A stretch of 64,000 bases of DNA from Raillietiella orientalis (Eukaryota), in the NCBI GenBank assembly GCA_036172245.1, contig JAYWIR010000002.1:248001-312000 (forward strand). The letters are read 5' to 3'. Below are positions 37,318-51,500 of the stretch, in pieces; the stretch's first letter is position 1; every line of letters begins with the position of its first letter. A program made the position numbers and the translations under genes. Below the pieces are notes generated by a model. The model was not told the origin of the DNA and searched no databases. It saw only the letters and a program-made list of their open reading frames with translations.

Positions 37318-39038
37318 TTGTGAGGCCCCCCTGTGAAAGCGGACGGTTCTCCAGAACTTTGCATACCGGAAGAAAAAAAAAAAAAGGGAAGCATGCGGCA
37401 GGGAACAGCAGGATGAGGACTGGAGTCCCCGCTTGCAGTGTGGCGTTCTTCTGAGTCCTTCCGTGCGATCATTTCAAAGAGATCCGTGGATTCAGCATGG
37501 ACCGATGCGCCTGCTGTTTCCATCCCAACGTGCTATCAGAAGCAGACCGATGGGAGAAGTGGACTGGTTGATGACCTTTGACACTGCAGGATGCCGACGC
37601 AAGCAGCTCTCGGTTCCGTCGAAGCAGGCAGAGCGCCCGTTGTGGTCACGAGCGTCTGCAGCTGTGACCATGAACCAGCGTTCCTGGGTGAGATCGTCCC
37701 GGATTCCCGCAAACCACCTCCCGGATCCAGAGAAGCCTTCGTGCTCTTTCAAAACATGTAATCTGCCTCAAAGACGGGAACAGCTGTCCGCGGACGGGAG
37801 CGTGGGAGCCAGCGAGGTCTTGCAGCGGTTGAAGGGGGAACCCCACGAGGCAGCGGTGGTCCACTGTCTTTTCCGTGTGTCTTCAACGCGTCCCTCACGG
37901 AGAGACTGAGATTCTTGTGGACATCGACCGATTTGATGTCCTTCAGTACGCATCCTAGAAACTCTGGGTGTTCGTGCACACCATCCCCTTTCCAATGTGC
38001 TCTTCCTCTTTCCTTTAACGCTGCGTCGCTCCCCGAGTTCCCACATCCCAGAAATCCTATAAAACTGATCTTGAGATTGCTGGAGCTCTCCTTCGGGGGC
38101 GAAGAGAAGATCCAATCCTGCTCCGCTCTTGCCGTCCTCATTTCGCCGTGCTCTTCTTCCGGCTGTGTGGCTGAGCATCGGCCGGGACGAGAGAGGTGCC
38201 CGACGGAAGTTCTTTCCTCCCCTTCTGGAGCACCACATCCTTTCCCGTAACAGGCCAATCGGAGACCGTAGTTTTGGTCACACATCGCCTCTGGAGCGCA
38301 CTAAGCTTCAGCTCTGTTCGGCTTCCCAGGAAGGTTTCAGATGTCCTGCGCCTGGTCACCGTCCCTTCGGGAGATTTGGGGACTTTCGATGGATTCTCAT
38401 TCGATGGCGCGAGCGAGTCAGAAAGTCTGCTCTTACAGGGATGCCATTTGCGCGAGCTCCAGATACGTTTGGCCGTCGCGACTTGCTTGAGTCACCGGCT
38501 GCCCGTTTCCCCTCCGTCTGCGCCTGGTTACCGTGGCGACGCGTGTGGATTCTGCTGATCTGGACTGAACGCGGAGACCTCCTGTGCCGAGCGGCGGACT
38601 TGGAACATGTCCCTCCCATCAGCGAGGAGCAAGTCCATCCTTGGACAGCTGCCGCGCCCCGGCCACCCTCCCAAGGACGCCTAGTCGACCAAACGATGAA
38701 AGTTGATGAAAAAATCTCTATTCCTTGCTCTTGTGAAGTCCCCGATCTTCGGGATGAATAACTCGCGAGTTCGAGTTGGTTCCCAGATCCCGGTTTCCCG
38801 GGATTTCGGCCATCAGCAGTGAGGGCGCCACCGCTGGTGTCGGCAGTTACGTCTCCGCGGGCCAGTCGCGTGGCGCTCCTCGCGCACGTGGCTGACCCGT
38901 GGCGCTCCGGATCCGGGACTTTCCAGCCTTCCCCCAGGGCCGATCGGACCTTCTCGGGAGGAATGCGCAAAGGAGTGGTTCCAAGAGTGGCGCATGGCGG
39001 TTGCCCGGCGGAAGGAGGTGCACGGGCTTACGATGCGG

Positions 39039-39046
39039 TGACGTCA
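39039..39046. promoter_or_regulatory. CRE palindrome upstream of the receptor gene's first coding exon
   Basis: TGACGTCA in a CpG-rich stretch ~430 nt before the ATG. Confidence 0.3.
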
Positions 39047-39477
39047 TCGCCGGCGTTCATTTCCGCGAGCGCGAAGAATCGGCGCCGAATCGTGGGTATA
39101 ACCCAGCTTGATCGTGCGTGCGTGCGTGGAAGGGGTTTCGAGACGGAAGGGGTGGTGCGTTTTTCGCACGTGCCACGGCTCCGGCTATCCTTGTGCGGCT
39201 GCCTGCGCAGCAGCGGAGGCGAATCCCCTTGGCTGCTAGGGAATGAGCCTCTCTCTCTCTCTTCCTCCTCGAGACCGGAGCTGGGAATCCCGTTCGCCAA
39301 GCATGTCGCAAGGCATCCCGCGTCCCTGAGCCCACCCGAAAGAAGCGACTCGCGATCAGCTTACTCTCCTCAGCAGATGTTCCCATCTCTGGGTGGGGGC
39401 CTCCGTGGAGAGGATGCTGTTCTCTTCCTCGTGCGCCGGTTCGGATGCGAGACGTGCGCGGCGAGTTATCTCTCACC

Positions 39478-39529
39478 ATGAGAATCTTCTCCTCCGTGCT
39501 TCTGCTGAGTTGGATACCTCGTTTTCCAG
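39478..39529 (+). CDS. Receptor exon 1 (signal peptide MRIFSSVLLLSWIPRFP)
   Basis: caccATG start, hydrophobic core, and a CAG|GTAAGC donor in phase 1 matching the next exon. Confidence 0.65.
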
Positions 39530-42500
39530 GTAAGCGTCATGTGTGGAGAAGGGGCAGGGACCTGTGTTTTTTTTTTTGGAAGGGGAGGGGAGGGAGGAGG
39601 GATTGAGAGCCGCCGGTCCTCGGCATCCCCGCGCGGAGACGCGTAGAAGGTGGGCCGCCCTCAGGCGAGGCAGAGTTCACTTCGCGGCCGTCGGAGCGAG
39701 AGTTGTCGCAATGATGCAGCCAGAGAGAAGGTTGCGCCTCGACACAAGTGAGCGGGTGAAAAGCTGCGCCTCATCCGGATCCGGAGCTTCCCTCTTCCGG
39801 ACTGGCAGAACCGCGGGAGAGTGCAGCTCTGGCGTCTCCCCTTTTTGCGTGCGATTCCTCTCTTTGCGAGGGCTGAGAACACGGGTTCCGGGACGGCTTG
39901 GATTCCTCGCCGTTCCTTCGGGACATTGCGGGAGCGCGCTTCCGGGAGGTCCTCCTCTTGGCTAATCCTTCGCGTCAGAGCCGACGTGTGCCCTCTCCAA
40001 GAAAGCAGCGGTCAGGGCGAGTGCCTCTGCCGACGTCGCTCGGGATCGCGGTGGAGTTCTCTCGAAGGTGGAGGACCTCACGGGATGGCCTTTGGTTCTC
40101 CAAGTACTGAGGAACCGTTCACCTCCTCGAGAAGGTGGGAAATGAGGGTAGAGGAAGCTTTTTGACACCATCAATGCCATCCGAGGGTGCGCGTAACTCT
40201 TCAGGCTAGGGGGTACCCCGGGAGGGGAACATCCTGTGAATACAGAAAGGCTCCTAAGGAAGCAGTTCGTTCTCTTACGCTTAGTAGGGGAACGCCTCAG
40301 GGAACCACTCCTTATTCTCCCCGGAGACACCCCCCCGGAGGTGGATACATCACGTTCCTTTTCCAGAGGGAACCTGAAAAAGATCCGCTCCTCGAATTTC
40401 TACTCTGGAGGGAAGAAATTCAGCAGAGGATTCTTTGCGTGCCGACCACTCCTTTTTTCCTCCTCTGGGGGTCGCTTCCCGAAGGGAGCAGCAAGTTCTG
40501 GAGAAGCATCAATTAACCAGCTCCATGGTACGCGATGGAAGCGCCTCCCCCTCCAAAGGGAAAGGGGATGGCTCCATTGCACACCCGGTGGGAAATCCTA
40601 AAGGACTCCTTGATTCCTGGAAGAGCCCTGGGAGGTCGACTTCCAATCCTGTCCAGTCGACAGGGGCATCCGGGATTTCCGGCTGCTTCCATCAGTGCCA
40701 CACCTTAATTGGCCATCCAGCGTCATCCTGCGACTGGAGGAAGACTCGGAACTCACGACGCAACTCCCATTCCTCGGCGTTGATCCTTCCTCGAGTGGGA
40801 TTCGAAGCCGCAACGCTTGGTACCGCGTGCGGACACCGCAGCCACACGGCCGTCAACGCGGACCAAGCCTCTGTCTTTCAGGGATGCTGCATCCCAGTTG
40901 CGGCTAGCGGCGAATGCGGCTGTCTTGTAGGGAAGCCGCTCCGGGAGCATTCGGAACGGAATCGGAATCTGGGATGGACGCGTCCCTGGGAACGGAAAGA
41001 GGCACCGGTTTCGAATGGTCGGCGAGAATGGCGACCTTCCCTCTCTTTTAGCGTGGCCAAGCACCCCTTCAGCATGTAAGGGAGGTGGAGTAGGTTGTGG
41101 GGGCGGTCGCAGTCTGCGCCAAGCGGGGTTTCTTTGAGTGGACATGGGCGCGCGGCGGCGCTCCAAAGAGCGGTCCCTCAACCATTTGGAAGAAAGGAGT
41201 AGCACAAAAGAAGGTGCTCTCGCTCGTGATCCGTCTTCCTCCCCGTCTGCGGCCCGAGGGCATTCGGTGAGACCTCACACGCGCCGCTTCGCCTCGGCTG
41301 AAGTTCCAGGACCCCGGGCAGGGACAGTGTTGGCGACGTCGAGCCCGTCCTCCGTCCGGCGGGGACCGCGCCACTTGAGCTCCATCATGAAGTGGGGCGG
41401 GGATGCAGACGGGTTTCCTCGGGTAAAAGTGGTCTCGCGTCGCAATCCAGGGTGCAGGTCTCTTCCCTTCTTCCCGCGTAACCCGGATTCTCGATTTTTT
41501 CCCGCCAGCGTTCGGGGCGCGCGGGAAATGCGCGGATCAAAAACACTTGCGTGGAAAGGAGCCCTGACGGCCTCCTGTTTGCATGCGCCTCCTGGCCGGA
41601 CTTGCCCAAACAGCGCTGCGACCATCAGGAGGAGGAAGAGAGGGGGCGCAGGAGCCTTCTGAGGGAAGGAAAAAGAGGGAAGGGAAATGGAGGGGCAAAG
41701 GGATGCCCTGCGATGGCATGGAAAACAAGATGCAGATGACGGGAGGATTCCGAGACGGGAACTGCACGCGCTTCCCACCGGGAAGAGGCGCAACCGAGCT
41801 CCCGGTACGGCACGCCAAGAGTTCCGAACGAAAAAAGGTAACGGGGAGGGGTGTCGAAGAGATCTGACGCTGCGGCCGAGGGATAGAATTCGTTTGCGGA
41901 TGGGGTTGAGGGAGGACGACTCTCCGAAGGAATGCGAGATCCTGACCGAGTGGGGTGGATCTTCTCGCAGCCTCAGGACTCCTGCCTTGGCGAGGTTGGG
42001 AGGAGCAGGAGCTCCAGAGAGAAAAGGCACATCAAGGCGAGTCTCCTGCCGTGCTGACCATCCGCGCCTCCTTTCCGGGTTCCGAGGAGGCGGGTGGGGG
42101 TGGGGTCGGAAAACAGAGGGCGCTCCTGCGCTGCTACCGGAGAACGGAAGCTCCCGGGGCCCCCAGAAAGTCTTCCGGAAGGCAGAAACCGGCGTTTCGG
42201 GAACGGAGGCATCCGCTCGGCTTCAAGGGACTCTGATAGCCCCGGTCGGGCAGGTGAAGCGGCTCTCGACGTGCACTGTCCAATGGATGTCCCCGACAGG
42301 ACCAAAGGATGACCGCGTGGCTTCGGGACGGCGTGTCATCCAGAGAGCGGCCTGTCGCCCCGGTCGCAGCACCGGAAAGCCGCTACTTGCCGGGTGTCCA
42401 GGAGCTCCCGGAACGCGATCTGCCGGCTGCCTCTCGCTCGCGGCTCTCTCCAGCAAGTGGGTCGCGGGGTAGGCAACCGTGCGCATGGGTTCCCAATGCG

Positions 42501-45500
42501 GATCAGAAGGACACGAGAAGGGTTTCACGTTTGTCCGGTCGCGGATGCGGGAGGCCGTCCCGAGGCACCAGAAGCAGGGAGCAGGAGGAGGCCGGCCAAC
42601 TCGAGGGAACCAACTCGAGGCGGGAAGCGAACCTGATGCAGCGGGGCGAAGTGGTCGCCCACGGTGGGGAGGGCGCCACCTGCTCTCTCTCTCTTTCTCT
42701 CTCGCACGCATCCATCGGCAGGGGCGGAAGAGGAGGTGAGGATCCGGGGAGGGGGGAGAGGCAAACGCTGAGAAAAAGGTGCTCCCTCCTCTCTAGAGGC
42801 GTGCTCTCCGCTGCAGGGGTAGCTGTCCGCGAGATGCAGGGGATGGCGAGGTGCGTGGGGAAGAGGAAATTCCCAAGGAACAGGCAGAGTACCTCGGCAA
42901 AGCAGCGGCGTGCTGGAGGTGCCCAAACGTGGAGGTTCTTTCATGATCCAGGAAAATCTCCGAAGTGGTAGCTGAAGAGGAGGCGCAGAGGGTGGAAACT
43001 GCAATCACCTGATCGAGGCGTTCAAAGGTTTTCTGGCTACCAAGTTGACACCTGGTTCCAGAACGTGTTCCTGCTGTCTGTGTGACAGTCGTGGCGGCAG
43101 GAGTCCGTCTACGATGGGGACGATCTTCCGCATGGATGCGAGAAGAGCGGCACTCTCGAGGTTACGTCTTCAGGGGAACCTGGACGGATTGAGTGCTCAT
43201 CCTGGCGCCGGCTCCCAAGTCTCGGATCGGGTTTCGGGGAGCTGGAAGCGCTCTGCCTCCCTCCTCCCGCTTCTCATTTGCGTTTCCAAGACGACAGAGG
43301 GTAAAGGAAAGAAAGAATCTTCTTCCTTTCTCCTTTCCCACTTGGGAGGTTTTCCAAGTGAGCAGGGATGGGAGGTGCGGTGTACCTGGAAGAGGAATCA
43401 AGGAAGAGCGGTTGGTTTGACAGGAGACGCTCTGACGTCAGCACGAGGTGTTCTTCAGCTTGCCTTCTGCTGGTGATATGGGTCTTCGGCTCTCTAAGAA
43501 GAAGGGGAGAAAGGAAGCTCACCTGAAATTCCCCGGGAAGAACCAGCGAAGGAGGCGTCGGTTGGCACTCCCGATGACCCCGGACGGGAGCCGGAATTCC
43601 CGAAGAGCGTGAAGAGGCATCACGACGGCAAGCCTGGAGGTTCTTGCAGCTCTCAGCTCGTCGACACCATTTTCAACGGACGGTCCCCGTTGCTAGGAAC
43701 CTGCCTTCCCCCAAGTGCCTCTCGACGGCGCTGGAGGTCCCTCGTTCCCCGAAATGCATGCCCTCTCACTTTACGGGCACAGCGAGGGGGCTCACGCTTC
43801 TCTTCGCAAAGATCTGGGACTCGTCGGTGCTGCCCTCTACGACCTTGAGGAGCCCCTCAGCTTCCCAAGACCAGGTACGAGGCCTCTCCCTCCCCCTTTC
43901 GGAAGGCTTTTTACTAGCACATCTGGAGAGCTGGCAGTCTGGGGGCGGCAAGAACGCCCGTGCGCTTCTGGTGCGAGGCGGACGTGACGTTCGTACAGTA
44001 CCTCATCCGGAAGGCTGCAGGCGGGGAAGGCATAGCCATGCACACGATGCCGCAGATTCGGACCCGCTCTCACTTCCGTTTTCTTATCCCGGAATCATTC
44101 AGGCATCGGCAAACGTTTGCAATGGGGACGCGTGTTTTTTCTTCTTCAAGGAATGGGCGGGCGGGGCGGGCAGAGCAAGAGAGTGTGAAAGCTGATCTTC
44201 GCTCCCGATGCAGTCGCCGTAAAACATTGCGCTCCGAATCCCCTGACTGCCTCCTGTCAACAACCATGGTTGGTAGGAACCTCACTTCCGAAGGGAGAGC
44301 CCCTTCACCCCTGGGGGGGTCACGTTCTCCTTCCTCTTGACAGACCTGGAAGGAGTGCAAAACTCTCGAGGTTTGTGTCTCGTTCCGGAAAGGAGGAAAG
44401 CAGGAGGGGAGGGAAGCACATGGAGAGGGGAAGGAAAAGCAGTGCTGCACCGAGAGGCTCTCTGTTCCCTCCCCCACTACCAGGGAGCGGTAGAGTCGCA
44501 GTTCCACAATAGAGGGGAGCCACCTTCGGAGCCGCTGGTGCAAAGGGAGCTCACGACCCCGTCGCCACTGCCGCTGCCGGGTGGCCAGAGGTTCCATTCA
44601 AGAACAGAGAGGCGTCCTTTGGTTCCACGCGCCCGACTCTGTCCCACACGAGCTCGCACCGAGGGCAATCTTTGCTCCTGCTGAGCCCTCGGTCCGAATT
44701 CATGGGAGGAGAGGACGCTACTTTCGCTTCGCCTGGTAAGAAAGAGGAGGTGGGGAGGAGCATTGGGATGCGGACGGCGCCATGCTCCAAAGCGGAAGGG
44801 ACGCCGCTATTGTTTTTTGGACGCCGTCCGTGGAGGAAGTGGGACGGCTTCCTTCTTCCCTCCGGAGCCTTCCTTCCATGGACTGGGAACCATCCCTCCC
44901 CCTGGACACAGCATGGAATTTAGTGGCATCTAGGGGAGGATCCGAAAATGAGGAGGAGATGAGGGGAGGAGTCCACCCTCCGCTCTCTTCGCCCCACGTC
45001 TCTTTCGAAGGGCGTTGACCTGCTGCGAAAGTCAGCGGCAAGTCAGGGCGTTTCGCGCAGTGCTTTTGGAACCCCTCCGGCTGTCGACCACTCCTCGAGA
45101 GGGGAGGACGGCCGGACGATGGTCCGAGAGATCGCCTTGTCGCGAGAAGAAAGAGAACCAGCGCGGGCAGAGCTTCCCATAATTCCTTGCTTCCCTCAGG
45201 AAAGCAAACGTTCTGCCGTCACCCGGGGCTGCCCAAACACGGAGACTCGGATTCCCAGAAGACGGTGTTCCTCCCCGGAGAGATCGTGTCCTTCAGCTGT
45301 GATGAGGGATACAAGATGCTGGAGCCAGACAAGTTGGTGTGCCGCAGCGACGGGAGCTGGAACAAGAAGATCCCGTTCTGTGGTGAGCCCGCCTCTTTTG
45401 AACCTACGACTGGGACCGAGCTTCTTGCGCCTCAGCGCCAAAAGATTCCAACGCTCTCATGTCGATGCGCTTGTGCGGTGCTGGCAGACACGTGGAAAGT

Positions 45501-48500
45501 GGTGCATCCATAGATGCAGGTGCGTCCGTAGACGCCGATACACGTAGATGCCGTACGCGTTGGTATGTGTGGCTACGGTGGACTCTGGTCTATGTGGATG
45601 CAGGTGCGTCCTTAGACGTTGATACACGTGGGTGCGTAGACTCTGGAACACGTGGATGTTGATGTGAATTCTGATACCTATGCTGAACCTGCTGCAAGTA
45701 TATTGACGAGTGCTTTTTTTCTCAGTGCCTTTCTATTACATCTCTAACCATCTATCTCTCCATATGATGTAGGATCATTGGTATTCTTCGAGAGGATGCT
45801 CTCGAGATTTTCTGGTCTGAGACAGGCTGTGGTTTAGGGAGGAAAAGGTCAGGATGAATTCAGAGTCAGGAAATGCTGCTAGATTAGTGGAAGGGATGGG
45901 AATGAGGTGGAACATTTGCGTGTTTTTAGAGGTGGATGCTCAGCCCATCCTGTCCTTAGATAAGGGAAGGAAGTTGAGAGTAGTCCATCAGATGTGCAAG
46001 AAACCTTTACAAAACCAGCATCCAGAATCCTCTGGAGATGATGCTTTAACAATACACTGGTTCTTCTTCTAGTACTGTGGTTTATAAAACACGCATCCCC
46101 TTCGAAATTTTTGCGGGGCTCTCCATCTGCTACTTGAGAGGAGCTTTAGAGTAGGAGAGATCGTAAGAATTTCCATTTCATTCCCGGACCACGTGTGCTG
46201 ATTCCTTGTCTTCTTTCCGTCGCACCACTTTTTCTTCTTTCTTTAGGAATCTTTCAGATGACACGGACCTTAGTTGAGAAAGTGATAAATCTCTTCGCTG
46301 AAGGCTCTAATAAACCGGTCGCTCCAATCCAAGAAAAGGAGGGGGGGGGGGGATGAAAAGGGAAAGCTATGCGCTTGCGCGTGTGCGTGCGTGTGCGTGT
46401 GTTTGTTTTCCAAGGTGGTGTCATCTCGTTCAACGGATTCGGCCCTTGACAACTGCTTTTATCTTTTAAGTGTCCGAAGCCGGAATGCCTGGAAAATCGC
46501 TCGGGAGAGGCGTGGGCGAAGTCCCATGCAAAACAAACAAACAGACAAAAAAGCAAACTCCTGTTGGTTCAGGAAAGGCCGTTCACGAGATGTCTGTCCC
46601 GTAGCCATTATCGTATGCGAGCCAGGCTTGCGGTGCGGAAGACAATAACACGTCCGAAGTGATTATTACAGCTTTATGGGATCCGGAAAGGAATGGGAAC
46701 AAACCCTCAGGTGATGATTCCAAGCTGCATCTGAAAATAGCTGGAAATGATGAGCGCAAGTGTCCTGCCGCACGAGGCGTACGTGAGGGACAAATGTTCG
46801 ATTACATAGGGAAGCCCCCAAAAAGGGTCAATCCTGTTGTTTCGGTTTGAAAGAGACGGTCGTAACCAGCTTTAATGGACTCTGATGTACTCCGGCGTCT
46901 GCGTGTTTTCCTCCTGAACCGATAATTTCACTTGTCATGATCGACTTCCAAACAGCGTGGCTCACCTATTCAAATCCGGGAACAAGAAGAGAGGACCACT
47001 GAACGTGGACCGGGAAAATACCTTTTTGTCCATGCTGGTCCCGCTTAGGATGGGCTGAGAGTCAACACCTGTCGATTCATGCGTGGAGCATGGACACTGT
47101 CTGTCCCGTGTTGTTACGCAGGAAGTGCATCACTAGCACATGGTACACCGAGAAAGTGTTGTGTCGACCGGAGATTAGAAACAATACTTAGGTGAATCTT
47201 TGCTTACAGAAGGTCCTCTGGAGCTTGTCTTCAGGAAAATTCTCCTGAAATGAGGGATCGATTTCACCAAAGCAAAATGCGTGCTCACGTTATGAGCCAA
47301 TACCCATCGGAAGGGGCAGCGTTTCTGGGACAGCGGGAACAAAGTGTTCGGCACCTTCACGGATCGGCGACGTAGCTATTGGTATTGCGTATCTAGGCTT
47401 CCAAACCCGAATAGAGCATCAAGCGCTATCCACGAATCCAATCGGTTGGACGGTGCGCCCACCTTGAGAGTGTCAGGTGAGACCACAAGTTCGAGAGGAA
47501 AAGTTCAGCTCTTCAATAGGGCAATGAACAAGAAATCCCTTCCAGAATTTTCCCAAGAGCAGCTCTGGGAGAATCCACCCTCTGCTGTGATTGAACCGCA
47601 AGCAGAGTGTGGATTCTCTTATATTATCTTGCAGTGAGTGAGGTATAAACTTCTTCATCCGTTACTTTGAACCGGTCCTTTCCCGAATTCCACTCGGAAT
47701 CTCTTGACGCTTTCATTGAGCCGCTCTAGCAGCTAGTTTTACCGCCATGTGGATCCAGTCTTCATCCGCAACTGGATTTCTTTTCTCGGAAAATTACAGT
47801 CGGGAATTCCATCCCCGCTTAGCTTGCGAAGGATCCTCCTCCCCTCCATCTTTGGCCTGTCATCTTGATCAGCTGATCCTTGTATCCAGAAATCGCTCAC
47901 CTTTCCTGAATTCCCTGCCAGATCACAGAGCAGGCGCTGGCGGCAGCAAATTCGTGTTCACCACTCCCTGCTCCTGTCTAGGTTTGCTGTGCTCTAGAGT
48001 TCTTCTCGTGCAGCCAGCAGAACACTGCTGCTGAAAGATCCCTTATCGCACCGCGGGACGCTCCTCAAAACCGTGCGTGCTGACCCCTCTTCGACGATTC
48101 GAGCTGAGTTTCTGTGTATTCAAGTTGAGCGTTTACGTTGGTCACATCCGGAGGCTCCCAATTCGTGCGTCATCCAGGCAGCCACGTGCTCTGCGTGGAG
48201 ATCCTTGTGATGAGCCACACGGCATACGGGCATCCATCAGATCCTGGAGATTTCGAATCGGAACGACTCATCAAACAAGACTCGACTCCAAGGTCGACGC
48301 TTCGAGAAGCACACGTGTCAAAGGCGATTGGTTTCATTCCTGTGTTCTTTCACACGAACAGCTGTCCATCGTTGACCTGACGTCAGCCGAAACATTTGAT
48401 TTCGGGTAGCTGCCTCACGGTAACACCGAGAGCACAGTACATGTGTTTCCCATGGTTTCCGATGCTACCCGCATTCCATAAGAGGAGACGCTCTCACTTC

Positions 48501-51500
48501 TTCACGCTCTCGGCGTAGAAGGCACCGCGGACTTTCCAGGAATTTGCTCTGCTTGTTCCTGTGGTTCGGCTTGCGTTTGAATTCCCCGAAGCGCTTATCC
48601 TCTGCTGTTTCGCCTCACTTTCTCGTGATAGCGATTCACTTGGGCTCCGAAGGGAATGCGCCACGCCACGAAGGAATTGCGAAGCACTCGCATGTACATT
48701 CCAGTCACTGGAGTGATACCTTTTCATTTAGAGCAGTAAAGTTTCTTGATTCTTCCCCTTTGCTTCAGTCTGCCCCTTATTCTCTCATGATCAGCCTCCT
48801 TGATCCGTTGTGAACTGCAAAACCTCACAGAAGAACCCATGGACTCCAACAAGAATTAAGTACGAGTAGTTCTTCTTCATCACTGTGCACATATTATTAT
48901 TTTATTGGTCTAGGATGATAAAAGTCCTTTTGGCTTCTTCTGCTTTCCTTTGAACTTGTTTTTTGAGGGGGAGTTTGCCAAGTGCTGAAGAACCGTTCGC
49001 CTCCTTAGGGGGAGCTCACGAAGATCTTTAGACATTGTCCATGCCACCCGAGGGTGCATGTCACTCCTCAGTTGGAGGAGGGGGGTAACCATTTTATGAA
49101 TCCAAGAGGACTCCGGAGAAAGGATTTCGTTCCTCTTACTCTTGGGAGAGAATCCTGGAAGGAACCTCTTCCTTATTTTCTCCGGAGTGACTTCCAGAAG
49201 GCCCAGTCTTCATTTCTTCTTCGAATAGAAACCACAAGGAATCCTCCCCTGAATTTCTTCTCCGTAGGAACCTCCCGGAAAGGTTCAGCTCCTTATTTCC
49301 CCCTCCCCTGAAGAGAACCCCGAAGGGACGCTTCCCAATTCCTCTGAAGGGCTGCTTTCCGAAGGTAGCAGCGCACTTTTTCCGAGTGCCAGCATTGCAG
49401 AGTCAACGAATATACTCAATTTACGCATCAGCTGTATTTAATTTTATATATACAATTGAATACATAAAATGTTTACACAGGATAATTTTGTGCTTTGCCT
49501 TCAAAAGGGAGTTATCCAAATCATGTGGATCTTACCCATAACGACACACAAAATCCCTGTGCATACTTATATGAAATGACATGATGGAACTCGTTTCTGT
49601 TCAGCTGAAAGTGCCACATGTTGAACTTTGTGGTACCCATCCTCAATGGAACGTGTGTTTGTGTGTGTTTTAACAGTTTCACACGTTCATACTCCAAGAC
49701 TGTAGCGCTCCTCCCAGCTTAGTCTGAGTGCTGGTCATGTGGAGGTGGTAATTTTGAAGACACTCCCTAAGGTGAGTGTATACGTGCGTTAAGCGTATGT
49801 CGGTTTCATTATAGCATCCAATGCTTCAATCGTAAAGATCGAAGCATCGGATGGATATGTAAACATCACTGCCCTTCAGCCAAATGCACAGCGGCTTGCT
49901 GCCCGAGATTTTCCAAACGTCTCTCAAACTGGGAGATGTGTGTTTGGAGACAATAAGGATGCTCCTTTGCTGATAACGAATGAAACATCTCTTATTTCAC
50001 GGATTCTTTTCTGACAATTCATCTCCCTTCGTCCTTACGAATTTTTCTGCGAATCGTGGTTACCATTTTTTTTGTTCCTTATCGATGTGCACGAGGTTCT
50101 GTCCTGCCTCACCCTGTCCTGTGCTCAAAGGTCCTCTACAGATAGAAAGAATCTTCACATGACGCAGTCGTCCACAGCATTGAGCTGGAAATATTTTTAT
50201 TCCTTGATTCATCTGTCCGGTTCCGTTCTTTTTCATTTTTCCTCGATTCATTCTTCCCTCGAGTCGCCCTAATAGTTCTTCAGGTAACAACATTCCTCCT
50301 AACCAGCTCTCACCTTGAAAGATGGCTCTTCACCTCATCTTCTTCAGCAGGAATCGCGGGAGGAGGGCATTGCGAGCAATGGTGTTTCCATGCTTCCTTC
50401 TGGGAATTCTCTGCTCCAAGTGCGGCGCTTTTCGAAAGCAGAGAGCACCTCGGAGTGGCCATGAGGTGAGCTCTCCCAAGTCCTGACTGTAGCCAATGTT
50501 TGTCGAGTCTGATCTGAACTGCACTCTCTCTTTCCTATCATCATGTGATTCTTGCTCACCGTCCGATGGTCGCGGAATCTGAATTTCATTCCTCTCAGAA
50601 AGCTCCCTTCCAGGATTGGACTAGACGAGAACGCAGTCCCGAAGTCTCTGTTCAGAATCATCTTTCTGGAACTCTTTCCAGGCGAAAACCTCGTCTACAG
50701 GAAGATTTCGTCTCAGTCCGGCACCCTGAAGAAATACGACTCGAGCTTAGCGATAGACGGAGATTCTCGGACGTGCAGCTACACGGACGCAGCGTCCCCT
50801 AGCCGCTGGTGGAAGGTGGAGCTGGGAAAAACGTACAACGTGACTTCTCTAGTGTTCTCCTCCAGCCCAGGTACCCTCACTGCTCCCAACAACCCTGATC
50901 GGTGCAAGGAACGCTTTCGCTCTCAGGGACCCAGCAACGGTTCACAGTCTACCTGCTGGCTATCCAGGAGGACGGCAAGGAGAAACGGAACCTTTGTGTC
51001 TCCTACAGGAAACTGAGCCTGCACGATTTTTCCCCCTTCACTACTCTGAAGTGTAACCGTGGATACGGAGCAATCGGCCACACGCTTTACATCGTGGACG
51101 ACCGCGATGGATTCCATTACTTCAGCTTATGCGAAGTGGAAGTGTACTCTTTCCCAGGTACGCTCATGATGCTGGATAATTCTTCTCATAAGCTTCCTGC
51201 TCCATGAGGAGATCCCCGCGTTCGTCTTTCGGTCCAGCAGCTAAGAGATCCCCAACTATAAAGACATCGCATAAAGAGCAAGCGTGACGCACCTTGCTTG
51301 CGGGCTTGCATTGCACTCGACTCCTCCCTCTCCCTTCAGGGGCTTTTTGATCTTCGGTCTGCGGAATCAAATGGACTCAATGTTGTCCGTTGGACTTTCG
51401 GATCGAAAATGAAAATTTGGGACGGACATGAGCCGCATGTTTAGAGAAGATTCGACTGGGATTTCCTCCAGTCAAATCTCCCCATCCCCTCCAAGACTTG

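Noticed and set aside
45500-45700. CRISPR-like or coding repeat array
   Set aside because: Degenerate units without unique spacers, frame not maintained, and a eukaryotic intronic context.
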